IMG/VR virus record: IMGVR_UViG_3300006133_000009
DNA length: 59,079 nucleotides
From: a virus
Strand: one strand, 5' to 3'
In this document: positions 26,894 to 35,935 of the stretch, in pieces
How the letters are laid out: each line of letters begins with the position of its first letter
How positions within the stretch are numbered: position 1 is the stretch's first letter
The notes under the pieces: generated by a model
Database searches by the model: none
The model's input: only the letters and a program-made list of their open reading frames with translations
What the model was told of the DNA's origin: nothing
Translations under genes and position numbers: made by a program

Positions 26894-27763
26894 TTATGTC
26901 TTTTTCTTGAATTTCTCTTTGAGTATTTTCGGAGCTGTGAGCATCCAATTCACGCGATGATGCAAACGCTTCTGATTGACATACTCGTTACCCATAGTCC
27001 GCACCTTGACCGATGACGGTTGATACATTACCGTGAAGAATGATTTTAAGTAAGTGCCGGAATCGAGATATACTTCAGTCATGCCGCCAGCGTTTGATTG
27101 CGTCTGCTTCTGCAATAAGCATACTTGCTGAATCTGCAAAAACAAGTCACCGGTTGAAGTGTTGCGTGTGTAAGTGTTCACATCTTCGTTGATACGCCCT
27201 AAGAATGTAAACTGCCGCTCGGTGTCGCAAATAAACGAGTTCATCGCTTTGCGTTTCGTGCGTAGCTGCTTGCCCTCGCCACCGGCACCACCGCCGAGAT
27301 AATCACCACCTTGTGCCATAGCGATAGACTTTGCCGGTATCTTCTTGAAGAAGTCGAGCATTATGTCAAATACTGCATCAAGATTGCATACTGCCTTGTC
27401 TTTTGTGATATACCGCAAACGGTTGTCGAATCGCCACTCAAAAACGGTATAATCATCGTCAAGCTCGATAAAGTAGCGGTAGCCGAGCTTTCTTGCGATG
27501 TCAAAACACGCATTCCGGGCATACACTATCGTGCGTCTATCGCCAGGCACTCCCTCATCGAAAGTTTCAGCGATAGCCGCTTTGTCGAAGATAACGACAT
27601 TCTCACTCCCGAATCGTGAGATATATTCCGGCGCGGAGGGGTCTTCGTTGTCAAGCACGATGACAATTCGCCCGGTGTAGCCACTCTTTTTCAAGCTGTC
27701 ATAAGTCACAACCCTGTCAGCTCTGCCGTGAGAGAGGATAAAAGCGACAAAATTCTTCATCAT
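26894..27763 (-). CDS. GT-A-like putative glycosyltransferase (289 aa)
   Basis: An N-terminal Rossmann-like strand FVAFILSHGRADR and an acidic IELDDDY (DxD-like) motif. No confident family assignment. Confidence 0.35.
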   Translation of the reverse strand: MMKNFVAFILSHGRADRVVTYDSLKKSGYTGRIVIVLDNEDPSAPEYISRFGSENVVIFDKAAIAETFDEGVPGDRRTIVYARNACFDIARKLGYRYFIELDDDYTVFEWRFDNRLRYITKDKAVCNLDAVFDIMLDFFKKIPAKSIAMAQGGDYLGGGAGGEGKQLRTKRKAMNSFICDTERQFTFLGRINEDVNTYTRNTSTGDLFLQIQQVCLLQKQTQSNAGGMTEVYLDSGTYLKSFFTVMYQPSSVKVRTMGNEYVNQKRLHHRVNWMLTAPKILKEKFKKKT

Positions 27764-28622
27764 AATCTTCTGATATGTCGTTTTCGGTTAGAGCTGCTTC
27801 GTCAGTAATGCCACGCTCAATGCGATATGCGTTTGCGAGGTCTTTTGTCATTGTGATAAATCCGTTCTCAATGGCTTTGTCGAAGTCGATTATCACGAGT
27901 GCTGATTGCTCCATAAGAGCTTGTATCTTCGGCGATGCCTGCGCGTAGTAGTCTGCTATCTTGGCATAGTTGAAAACCGTATGCCGCGCGGCTGCTTGCC
28001 GCAGAAACTCGCGTACCTCATCCGGTAAGTTCGCTTTCTCGATTTCATGAAGCAACGCATCTCGCTTTGTGGTGTCGTACATCTCGCCGAAGCTCGGTGT
28101 ATGTCCGCTCGGCTCGTATGTCGGGGCAATGACCTTACGCGAGTAGCTTTCATTCTGCGCTTGTGCGTTCTCTGCATCTACCGCACTCGTGTCCCAATTA
28201 TCGGGAAGCTCAACGCCCCAAGTCTGCAACTGTTTCGCATCCCAATCGCCGGACTTCAGCTTGCCCCAATCCCAAACTCCAAAGCCGTTATTGTCGAGAA
28301 TCGCATACGCTTTCAGTTTCTCGTTCGGAGTGTTCGGGTCGATAACCACAGCCGGAACGAGTTTATACCCGATTTCAGTCAATGCGCGGAAACGCATATT
28401 GCCGCCGAGAATGATATAATTTCCACTTTCGAGCTGATAAACTTTGAGCGGATTATATTTCAGATATTCCGGGTAGTCGATGATGTCTTGCTTCAATAAT
28501 GCGAAGCGGTCTTCATCAATCGTTCGCGGATTCTCCGGCACTCCGGCAAGTTGCCCGATATTTTCTTCAAGTTGCTCAATAGCTATGAGCCTGACTTGTG
28601 CGAGGTCGTCGAAATTTTCCAT
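27717..28622 (-). CDS. ParB-like nuclease domain protein (301 aa)
   Basis: ParB N-terminal motif YIILGGNMRFRAL. First gene after the candidate late promoter. Confidence 0.65.
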   Translation of the reverse strand: MENFDDLAQVRLIAIEQLEENIGQLAGVPENPRTIDEDRFALLKQDIIDYPEYLKYNPLKVYQLESGNYIILGGNMRFRALTEIGYKLVPAVVIDPNTPNEKLKAYAILDNNGFGVWDWGKLKSGDWDAKQLQTWGVELPDNWDTSAVDAENAQAQNESYSRKVIAPTYEPSGHTPSFGEMYDTTKRDALLHEIEKANLPDEVREFLRQAAARHTVFNYAKIADYYAQASPKIQALMEQSALVIIDFDKAIENGFITMTKDLANAYRIERGITDEAALTENDISEDYDEEFCRFYPLSRQS

Positions 28623-28665
28623 ACTTTTTTTATGCGAGTTGAAATGCGGTTTTTGCGGTTTTTTG

Positions 28666-28673
28666 CAAAGGTA
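28666..28673 (-). promoter_or_regulatory. Candidate -7 box TACCTTTG for the packaging/late operon
   Basis: The + strand CAAAGGTA lies 44 nt upstream of the 28622 start. Confidence 0.35.
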
Positions 28674-28677
28674 ATAA

Positions 28678-28704
28678 AAAAGAGTACTTATTAGGTACTC
28701 TTTT
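28678..28704. terminator. Hairpin terminator separating the early operon from the packaging operon
   Basis: 10-bp stem aaaagagtac/gtactctttt with a 7-nt loop. A-tract and T-tract arms make it symmetric. Confidence 0.55.
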
Positions 28705-28734
28705 GAGATAAAAAATATATCAAGTCGCGGTTTT

Positions 28735-29088
28735 TCAGCTTTCAGCTATGTAATTTCGCATTAGCTTGATAAATTCTTCGAGTGAGCGTACTATCTCGTA
28801 GCGATAGCCAAAAGCCTCAACTTTACGTTGAAAACGCTTTTGCGAATCTTGCTGTTTGCCTTTCGGGGTCTTTACTTCAATGCAAAGTGCGTGATGATAC
28901 TTATTAGGTAGTAGAAACAACATATCTGCAACTCCGGCTGTCACTCCCTCGCCTTTCATTATTCCGGCTTCTATTCTGTTTCTTGCTCCACCATTGGGAA
29001 CGGCAAAGAGCAATAACGCGAGGTCTGCATATTGAAGTCTAAACCATTTCACGCAATTCTGCTGTATCTGACTTTCTTCGTGACGCAT
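28735..29088 (-). CDS. VRR-NUC domain nuclease (117 aa)
   Basis: GVADMLFLLPN...ALCIEVKTPKGKQQDSQKRF matches the PD-(D/E)xK core of VRR-NUC. Confidence 0.7.
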   Translation of the reverse strand: MRHEESQIQQNCVKWFRLQYADLALLLFAVPNGGARNRIEAGIMKGEGVTAGVADMLFLLPNKYHHALCIEVKTPKGKQQDSQKRFQRKVEAFGYRYEIVRSLEEFIKLMRNYIAES

Positions 29089-29090
29089 CT

Positions 29091-29516
29091 TCAGAACGGT
29101 AAGTCGGGGTCGTTCATTGGTGGCTGCTGATAGCCGTATTGCTGTTGCGGCTCTGCGTACTGTTGTGAAGTCGCTGTGCTTCTACGGTCGAGCATCTGCA
29201 CCGTGTCAGCGTGTATCTCGGTCACATATCGTTTGATGCCGTCTTTGTCGTCATACGAGCGAGTACGCATCTTGCCTTGAATGTAGAGAGTTGCACCTTT
29301 GCGTATGTAGTCACGAGCTATTTCAGCGAGCTTGCCGAAAAGTACGATGTTGTGCCATTCGGTGCGGTCTTCTGATGTCGTGCCGTCTCTTTTCGTGTAA
29401 CCGCGTTCGGTGGTCGCGACTGTGAGCGTTGCCATAGTCTTTCCGTTGCTTGTGGTGATGATTTTCGGGTCTTCACCTACATAGCCTATGATTGTAGCTT
29501 GATTTACGGATGCCAT
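29091..29516 (-). CDS. ssb: Single-stranded DNA-binding protein (141 aa)
   Basis: OB-fold signature NQATIIGYVGEDP...TEWHNIVLFGKLAE. Gln/Pro-rich tail ending in DPDLPF. Confidence 0.9.
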   Translation of the reverse strand: MASVNQATIIGYVGEDPKIITTSNGKTMATLTVATTERGYTKRDGTTSEDRTEWHNIVLFGKLAEIARDYIRKGATLYIQGKMRTRSYDDKDGIKRYVTEIHADTVQMLDRRSTATSQQYAEPQQQYGYQQPPMNDPDLPF

Positions 29517-29578
29517 GAGTTTACTACGTTATATTGATTATTTAGTTTTATATATACACACTTATTGATTATTATATA

Positions 29579-29818
29579 TTATATCAATAGAAGTGTGCGT
29601 TGATTATTTCGGTTTTCTGATTTTAACTTGCATCTTACAAGTGTACGTCGCACTGTCGTATATCGGCGACATAAACAAGAATGCTCCGGTATGCGGTATT
29701 CGCGTCCGGCATATCTTCTGCGTATCTCCCGGAATTTCTCGTATCGCTCACAGTTCGTTCTGATGATACAGTTCGAGCCGGAGCATACGGTTGAATCCAT
29801 CGCGATTATTCTTGTCAT
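29579..29818 (-). CDS. Possible small Cys/Arg-rich protein (79 aa from the internal ATG)
   Basis: ORF starts 6 nt after the upstream stop. Its composition looks non-coding, and it overlaps an AT-rich repeat region. Confidence 0.25.
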   Translation of the reverse strand: MTRIIAMDSTVCSGSNCIIRTNCERYEKFREIRRRYAGREYRIPEHSCLCRRYTTVRRTLVRCKLKSENRNNQRTLLLI

Positions 29819-29823
29819 GTCGC

Positions 29824-30300
29824 TTAATATCGAAAGTCTGTGAAGTGGATTATTACACCGTTGAAAGTCATATCGCCTTGCGGTTCTTTGCCGAAAAACC
29901 AATCTGCAAAGTCAGAGAGCGACAAACCGTCATTCTTCGCCAACGCCGCTACATCAATATCATTGCCGCCGATGATTCTTGCTGTCAAATACGGCTTGTT
30001 TGCGTGGAAGTCGTGATGATAGTTGATTTGAATGCGTTGCACACCTATTGGCGTGTCAATCGTGTGGATTTCTCGTTGCTTCGAGCGGTACGGCTTGCCG
30101 CTCCACTGTCTTACGGATAGGTAGAAGTCGCCACGCTGCATCTTTTCAGCGTTGACCGCCCACAAGTCATAGTTGCGGCGTATCGTGTGAATCTTCTTGC
30201 CGGTTTTGAGCTTTGTTTCAAACTCGGTCAGTTCTCCGGCTCTCGGCAATGTCGCCGGAAACACTCTCGAAAGAGTGATGCAAATCTTCTTCTTTGCCAT
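29824..30300 (-). CDS. ASCH-like domain protein (158 aa)
   Basis: KIHTIRRNYDLW and a beta-rich pattern resemble ASCH. Weak call. Confidence 0.35.
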   Translation of the reverse strand: MAKKKICITLSRVFPATLPRAGELTEFETKLKTGKKIHTIRRNYDLWAVNAEKMQRGDFYLSVRQWSGKPYRSKQREIHTIDTPIGVQRIQINYHHDFHANKPYLTARIIGGNDIDVAALAKNDGLSLSDFADWFFGKEPQGDMTFNGVIIHFTDFRY

Positions 30301-30304
30301 TTTG

Positions 30305-30592
30305 TTAGTTCGGATTAAATGTTGTTATCAGTCTTCGGGTTGCGAGATAGTTCCGTGTTTCGGGGTCTTTTACCCGGTCGATGTCGATTTCTTCAAGTCT
30401 TATCTTGAGGTGAATCGCTTTGCCGCGTCTGCTTATCTCGGTATGTATGCTTTGCAGATTCTCGTACTCGGCGCGAATCTCCTTTTGCTTGCATTCGATG
30501 AATGCCTTTGCCCGGTCGTTCTTCTTCGCGATACGCACTTGATTCAGCACGAGAGCCAAGTTTATCACAAGGCAAATTATCTGAAATGTCAT
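30305..30592 (-). CDS. Hypothetical protein with N-terminal TM helix (95 aa)
   Basis: ORF with a hydrophobic N-terminus FQIICLVINLALVL. Confidence 0.45.
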   Translation of the reverse strand: MTFQIICLVINLALVLNQVRIAKKNDRAKAFIECKQKEIRAEYENLQSIHTEISRRGKAIHLKIRLEEIDIDRVKDPETRNYLATRRLITTFNPN

Positions 30593-30603
30593 AGGTGCGG
30601 TTT

Positions 30604-30855
30604 TTACGGCGTTTTATCGTTCGGGTAGTCAAATATACTCGAAGCTTGCGGAATTGCGTCAGGCAAGCCGAGAAGTAGCTCTACGCGGCTAATCTCGGCA
30701 TCTACCTGCGCTTCGAGTCTTTTGCTTTCGGTGAGGTCTGCTTTTCTGCGATACTTGAAGTAGTCGCGTTGCTTGACCCTCATCCGTCTTACAAGCTCAA
30801 AGAACTGTCGGTTATCCATTCTCTGACTTGCTTTCGAGTTTGGCGTTATACACAT
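30604..30855 (-). CDS. Hypothetical protein (83 aa)
   Basis: ORF in the early operon. Confidence 0.4.
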   Translation of the reverse strand: MCITPNSKASQRMDNRQFFELVRRMRVKQRDYFKYRRKADLTESKRLEAQVDAEISRVELLLGLPDAIPQASSIFDYPNDKTP

Positions 30856-31261
30856 CCATTATCGCTGTTTCTGCGATTCCGGCGATTTCGTAGTCTGCCA
30901 TAGTGCCTTTCATGCCCTCAATGAAGTTGTCGTAAGCTCCCTTGAAACTCGATGCCTGCACGAGTATGTAAGACGCTTTGCGCTTCTCTACGGCGGTCTT
31001 TTCGTCTATCGTGATGAATGCGACTTTGACTTTATACCAACGGTCACCGGTTTCATCTCTGAAGATTTCCGAGATGTTGGACTTCTTGACTGCCGACACA
31101 TCGAAGTCGCCCGACATGAACGGCGTTACTTCTTCGTTAGTACGCGCTTCTGCTTCGGTGAATGAAAGAGCGTCAACGAGGTAGTGTTCGGTTACTTTCT
31201 TGACTGTGCCGTTTTCCATTGTCTTGTCGAAACGGACTTTTGTTTCAAACCATTTAGCCAT
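30812..31261 (-). CDS. Hypothetical protein (149 aa), possibly DUF4494-like
   Basis: ORF. The N-terminus MAKWFETKVRFDKTMENG recalls a Bacteroidota DUF. Not verified. Confidence 0.45.
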   Translation of the reverse strand: MAKWFETKVRFDKTMENGTVKKVTEHYLVDALSFTEAEARTNEEVTPFMSGDFDVSAVKKSNISEIFRDETGDRWYKVKVAFITIDEKTAVEKRKASYILVQASSFKGAYDNFIEGMKGTMADYEIAGIAETAIMDVYNAKLESKSENG

Positions 31262-31296
31262 GATTGATTTCGTTTTGAGGTTGATAGATATGTGAG

Positions 31297-31623
31297 TTAT
31301 CGGTTATCTCCAGAGCCGCCGAGCATTCCGCGTTCCTTACGCGATTGCAGCTTGTTGATGTTTATTTGTGCGATTGCTTCAAGCGTGAAGCCGAGGTCAT
31401 TGGCGAGAGTGGCGCAATACCGCAAAACATCGCCTATCTCTTTCGCTATTTCTATCTTTCGCACGGTGTCGAAGCTCTGATTGTTGTCGCGGATTACTTT
31501 CTTTACCTTGTCTGCGACTTCTCCGGCTTCACCACACATTCCGAGTGCCGGATAGATTATGCGCTTGTCTTCGGGATAGACGGCGGTCGTGAGTGCTGCC
31601 GCCTGGTATTCGTTTACTGTCAT
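31297..31623 (-). CDS. mazG: MazG-like nucleotide pyrophosphohydrolase (108 aa)
   Basis: GMCGEAGEVADKVKK and EIGDVLRYCATLA are the paired MazG EExxE/D helices. Confidence 0.8.
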   Translation of the reverse strand: MTVNEYQAAALTTAVYPEDKRIIYPALGMCGEAGEVADKVKKVIRDNNQSFDTVRKIEIAKEIGDVLRYCATLANDLGFTLEAIAQININKLQSRKERGMLGGSGDNR

Positions 31624-31677
31624 TTGATAGTAGTATTATATTGTTATATTGATATTATCTTATGTTGTAGTTAACTG

Positions 31678-31833
31678 CTAATGATACGGCAACCTCGCTC
31701 GGATAGTCGGTTTCGCACTCTGCTTTCTTCGATTGATAGCCGGGCGAGGTATGCCAATGATGGTCTGCACATACCAATACTCTATATCGTAGAAATGTGG
31801 ATATAAGAGTCGGTGTTGAATTTCGAGTATCAT
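31678..31833 (-). CDS. Small basic hypothetical protein (51 aa, below the ORF-track cutoff)
   Basis: Hand-translated as MILEIQHRLLYPHFYDIEYWYVQTIIGIPRPAINRRKQSAKPTIRARLPYH. Its ATG overlaps the upstream TGA (ATGA). Confidence 0.3.
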   Translation of the reverse strand: MILEIQHRLLYPHFYDIEYWYVQTIIGIPRPAINRRKQSAKPTIRARLPYH

Positions 31834-32753
31834 ATTTCGTTGAGTTCGATTAACGCCATTTGCGTGGCAAGTGTCTTTATGTATGTTTCCTTGATTGATA
31901 TGAAGCGTTCTGATACCGGCTTATCGCCGACAAATGCGATAACAAGCGCGTCAAGCCGGTACATTTCATCCGGGAGTATGCGCCCGATTCTATGCCCGAC
32001 TATCTTCTCTATCTTTTCAGTCTGCATTCTGACATAGCGAAAGAGCGAGTGCAAGAGTATGTCGCATTGATAGACAGCCGTCAGTAGGTCGAGATAATCC
32101 GGCGCGAGTTCCGGGTATTCGCCCTTTAGGTCGCAACGGATATTCACAAGTAGTGTCTTGAAGATGTCGTTTACACCGTCTTCAAACATATACATATTCT
32201 CCGTTTCGGAATTGCGGTGAGCATCATCTATGAACGGAGCGCGTACACGGTCGTAGTCACGGCGTAACTCTCTGATTGCACGGCATAGTTTCTTAGTCGC
32301 TTTGAGCCGCATCATTATCGCAAGGTCTATGATTGTATCGGCATAGTCCCACACGAGTTCCGCGATGACAAACGGCACATACGCGAATCTGAATAGCGTG
32401 TCTTTGTCGAGTAGCTTTGAGAGCTTTATAATTTCAGCTTCTTCACGCTGTTTCGGGTCGTCAAATATGACACATTTTGCAGATTTGCCATTGTCAAATT
32501 GAAGACGATTGATGCTTGATGCAACCTCGCTCATAAAGCCGATTTTCGCTTGAAGCGCGTAGTCGGGGGCTGCGTTCATCGTTCTATCGGTCGATGCAAG
32601 TAGTCCGCTTAAAAGCTCGGACTTTTGCTGCTCGGTCAATGCGTCAAACTGCTGTCGGAGTTTGAATGCCTCCAAGTTTGCATCTGCCGCTTTCTTGAAT
32701 GATTCAATAAACCCAGGCGGCCATGCTGAATATTGTTTGTACGGACGATTCAT
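31830..32753 (-). CDS. Hypothetical protein (307 aa)
   Basis: Long ORF in the early operon. Confidence 0.55.
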   Translation of the reverse strand: MNRPYKQYSAWPPGFIESFKKAADANLEAFKLRQQFDALTEQQKSELLSGLLASTDRTMNAAPDYALQAKIGFMSEVASSINRLQFDNGKSAKCVIFDDPKQREEAEIIKLSKLLDKDTLFRFAYVPFVIAELVWDYADTIIDLAIMMRLKATKKLCRAIRELRRDYDRVRAPFIDDAHRNSETENMYMFEDGVNDIFKTLLVNIRCDLKGEYPELAPDYLDLLTAVYQCDILLHSLFRYVRMQTEKIEKIVGHRIGRILPDEMYRLDALVIAFVGDKPVSERFISIKETYIKTLATQMALIELNEI

Positions 32754-32998
32754 TATTTCAGATTATTTCTTGCTTTCGTGTAAAAATCACTCACTTTGCC
32801 GAAGCTGCCAAAGACACGCTTCTTCATCGTATCGGATATGTCATTGCTCCAATAATTCGAGTTGATTTCGGCGGTTATGTCGCTCTTTAGCTGTAAAAGC
32901 ACATTGACATTGTGGCGATAACGCTTGCTTGTTCGCTCTTTAAGCATAGAGCGAAATTCCTTGAATGAGGTTGGAATGTTGAATGTTATTGTTTTCAT
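32753..32998 (-). CDS. Hypothetical protein (81 aa)
   Basis: ORF with overlapping stops and starts. Confidence 0.45.
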   Translation of the reverse strand: MKTITFNIPTSFKEFRSMLKERTSKRYRHNVNVLLQLKSDITAEINSNYWSNDISDTMKKRVFGSFGKVSDFYTKARNNLK

Positions 32999-33279
32999 CG
33001 TTCAGTCGGTTTATGAGGTGAATCGGATATAAGATGTTCTCGGAATCTTTCCAAAGAGTTAATCATCTTGTCGATTTTCTCAATGAATTGAGCCGGTTTG
33101 TCCGTATGTGATAGGTGTAGTCTGATTTTACCGTGGCAGTCTGCAATTTCAATAAAGACACATGGAGATTCTCCCTCGGTATATTCAATATCACCGTCAT
33201 AGCAAACTATGCTCCCGGTAGAAGGTGAATCTTGGGTATTAAGCCAAGTTTCTGATTTGTAATAAGTCGTTCTATCCAT
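32995..33279 (-). CDS. Hypothetical protein (94 aa)
   Basis: ORF with overlapping stops and starts. Confidence 0.45.
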   Translation of the reverse strand: MDRTTYYKSETWLNTQDSPSTGSIVCYDGDIEYTEGESPCVFIEIADCHGKIRLHLSHTDKPAQFIEKIDKMINSLERFREHLISDSPHKPTER

Positions 33280-33577
33280 TACGTTGCTTTTTAAGTCTTA
33301 ATCCGAACAAACCTTTTGAGGGGTCAAATTCGGGGTATGAGTATTTATCTTGCGGATTGTAAGTGCTAATCCATAGATTTATTCTGCGTTCAAAATATTG
33401 TTTATCTTTTTGAGCTTCTATGGAGTTTAAGATATTGCAAAACTCTATCGCTGCACTCTGATAGTCGCCAAAATTTCTTAACGGCTTCACATCGTAGCCG
33501 TCTTTCCAACACACGACATATCCATCTGGAGTGCTTGACTTAATCGCATTCATTTTAAGCTGTCTTACGTTCTGCAA
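33272..33577 (-). CDS. Hypothetical protein (101 aa)
   Basis: ORF in the early operon. Confidence 0.45.
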   Translation of the reverse strand: MQNVRQLKMNAIKSSTPDGYVVCWKDGYDVKPLRNFGDYQSAAIEFCNILNSIEAQKDKQYFERRINLWISTYNPQDKYSYPEFDPSKGLFGLRLKKQRNG

Positions 33578-35258
33578 ACCGTTTTACTGAATCGCATAGA
33601 GCGACACACCAAGCGCGGGCGATTGTCACCTCAACCGCGTTGCCGATAAACTTCTTTTGGTCTGCTTGTGTGCCGATAAGCACATAATCTTCCGGGAAGC
33701 CCATAATCAGTTTTAGTTCCGAGATTTTGAGCATACGCATTTTGATGTCAACGATACGGTAGAGTGCCATAAACTCTTTGATTTTTACCATTATCGGACT
33801 GTCGGTGTCATATACCGCTATCGCGAAGTCGCCGGATTCAGTCGATATGAGGTATGGCGGTCGCTTATCCATTTTCGCTATGAGTGTGAAGCACGGAGAA
33901 TCGACCGAGCCGCCGGGTGATGCAAACTGCGGATTCATCAAGTAATGATGCTTGCGATTGGCTGTTATAACTCTTGACGGTTCGTCAATAGAGCTGCCGA
34001 CATTGCTGTAATTGGTATCCATTACCCACGGGCATACGCTAACAAGTTTCTGCTTTGGATTGGTGAGGACTGCCGGATTAGGACTGTCGATGCTTGAAAT
34101 TTGACCGCCGCCGGAATACTCGTTTGCTATGAACTGCGTCTGAACGAGAGCGAGCCTATCGCGTGTCAGCAACGTGGGGCAAGGATTGTCGATGCTTTTG
34201 CCGGTGTCTTTGAAGTTGTAGCTACATAAGAAGTCAGCGTGTATAAGCGCGTGGTGGTCAACGGTCGTTATCGTACCGGCTGGAGCTTCGATTGATATGT
34301 TCTTATCGTCCGGCGAGCCGCTGAATTGCTTTGATAGGAACTGCACGGAAGCGAGAGCCAACCGCCCTTGTGTCGCGACTGTTGGGCAAGGGTCTTCGAG
34401 TGACGGTGCGACATATCGGCCGCGTTGATTCATTGAGTTGTATTTCACCATAAACGCTTGCTTGCCACCGGCGACAAACTTAATCAGTCCGGCGTATATG
34501 CGTTCAAGCGTCTTATCTGATAGCGGCTTTTTGCGGTCGAATATTGATTTGCCCTCATCTTCCAAGTCGAGGACTTCACGCACAGGTTTCCACTTGTGTA
34601 GAGTGTCGAACAATGCCGCTTCGCCGTTCTTGCTGTGTGTCGGTTCGGGGAACACTATCGGCAAACCTTTCTTCGCGAATATGCCGAAGAATCGTTTGCG
34701 TGAGGTGTATGCGCCATAGTCTGCCGCATTTAAGATGCGATGCTCGAAGTTGTAGCCGTATCGCTTGACATTGTTAACCCAACGGAGATATGAGCGTCCC
34801 TTATCGGTCGAGAACGGTTTGCCGTTTTCGTCAACCTCGCCCCACGACATAAATTCTTCGACATTCTCAATCTGAATATAATCCGGGTCGATAGCTTCAA
34901 TGTATCGGAATAGATGCTCGGCAAGTGTCCGGCTGTCTGCATCGCGAGGCTGACCGCCTTTTGCTTTCGAGAAGTTAGTGCATTCGAGCGATGCCCATAG
35001 CACGGTGAGCGCGTCCGGGTTCTTGATTCTGCACGATTCGAGATGCTCTACAAGTGGCGACAATTCGAGTGTGCGGATGTCTTCGGTGAAGTGTAGCGCG
35101 TCCGGGTGATTCGATGCGTGGGAAGCTATCGCGTTTGCATCGTGATTGACACAAGCGATGACCTCGGCGCATTGTTCTCCGTCAAGTCTTGCGGAGTTAA
35201 CGCCGGTCGATGTTCCACCGGCACCGCAAAAAAGGTCGATATATAGTAACTGCTTCAT
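33555..35258 (-). CDS. DNA (cytosine-5) methyltransferase with expanded target-recognition region (567 aa)
   Basis: Motif I DLFCGAGGTSTG, motif IV-like SLECTNFSKAKGG, motif VI IENVEEF, motif VIII YTSRKRFF and motif X FIGNAVEV. Confidence 0.85.
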   Translation of the reverse strand: MKQLLYIDLFCGAGGTSTGVNSARLDGEQCAEVIACVNHDANAIASHASNHPDALHFTEDIRTLELSPLVEHLESCRIKNPDALTVLWASLECTNFSKAKGGQPRDADSRTLAEHLFRYIEAIDPDYIQIENVEEFMSWGEVDENGKPFSTDKGRSYLRWVNNVKRYGYNFEHRILNAADYGAYTSRKRFFGIFAKKGLPIVFPEPTHSKNGEAALFDTLHKWKPVREVLDLEDEGKSIFDRKKPLSDKTLERIYAGLIKFVAGGKQAFMVKYNSMNQRGRYVAPSLEDPCPTVATQGRLALASVQFLSKQFSGSPDDKNISIEAPAGTITTVDHHALIHADFLCSYNFKDTGKSIDNPCPTLLTRDRLALVQTQFIANEYSGGGQISSIDSPNPAVLTNPKQKLVSVCPWVMDTNYSNVGSSIDEPSRVITANRKHHYLMNPQFASPGGSVDSPCFTLIAKMDKRPPYLISTESGDFAIAVYDTDSPIMVKIKEFMALYRIVDIKMRMLKISELKLIMGFPEDYVLIGTQADQKKFIGNAVEVTIARAWCVALCDSVKRFAERKTA

Positions 35259-35584
35259 TTCTTATGTGATAAGTTTATTTTGATGATATTATTCGGTTTA
35301 TGCTTTGCTTCAAGTGCCTTTTCTCTCTCGGCTGCATACTCGGCGAGCATTTCAACGTGCCGTTCAAGTTCTTGCATGAGGTATTTGTTATCTTCTTGCA
35401 GATTCTTGATTTCGTCATTACGCCGCTTCAGTTCATCGTTATATCGCTTTCTCTCAAACTGTGAGAATGAGAGGTCAAAATCGCGGCAAGTGCATTGCTC
35501 GATGTCGCCGCTGACTGCGGCCGCCATACATCCGGGTATCAGCACTCGCCCGGCGATTTTGTCAACGATATAGTGGCACTTCAT
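35255..35584 (-). CDS. Hypothetical coiled-coil protein (109 aa from M17)
   Basis: The M17 start avoids overlap with the upstream ORF. Confidence 0.45.
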   Translation of the reverse strand: MKCHYIVDKIAGRVLIPGCMAAAVSGDIEQCTCRDFDLSFSQFERKRYNDELKRRNDEIKNLQEDNKYLMQELERHVEMLAEYAAEREKALEAKHKPNNIIKINLSHKK

Positions 35585-35597
35585 TGATTCGTAGCAT

Positions 35598-35933
35598 TTA
35601 GAAGTATAGCGGAGGTATCGGCATCCATGCAATTACGATGTCGGTTATATCTTCACGACAAGGTGACAAGTGTACTTTTACACTTTGCACTCGGTCATAG
35701 TGGTATCGTTCCTTGCACCGAAGCGTTGTTTTGAATCGCCCGGTTTTGGTGTACCAACATACTATCGGTTCATCTCCGGTATGGACTAATACGCGCGAGC
35801 CTATTGGGGGCAATTCTTTTTTAGGGTCATGCCATTTATATGTCTGACCGGCTGTGATTTCGTTTAGAATATTTGCGCCCCCTTTCACCTCAATAGCACA
35901 TTTATCCCAATTGATGACAGGTTTTGTTCCCAT
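35598..35933 (-). CDS. DUF551-like protein (111 aa)
   Basis: KELPPIGSRVLV...WMPIPP is a pattern typical of DUF551. Confidence 0.45.
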   Translation of the reverse strand: MGTKPVINWDKCAIEVKGGANILNEITAGQTYKWHDPKKELPPIGSRVLVHTGDEPIVCWYTKTGRFKTTLRCKERYHYDRVQSVKVHLSPCREDITDIVIAWMPIPPLYF

Positions 35934-35935
35934 AT

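Noticed and set aside
29579-29902. Full 107-aa ORF as listed in the track
   Set aside because: Its first 28 codons overlap the end of the 158-aa gene in another frame. Only the shorter 79-aa version is kept, at low confidence.
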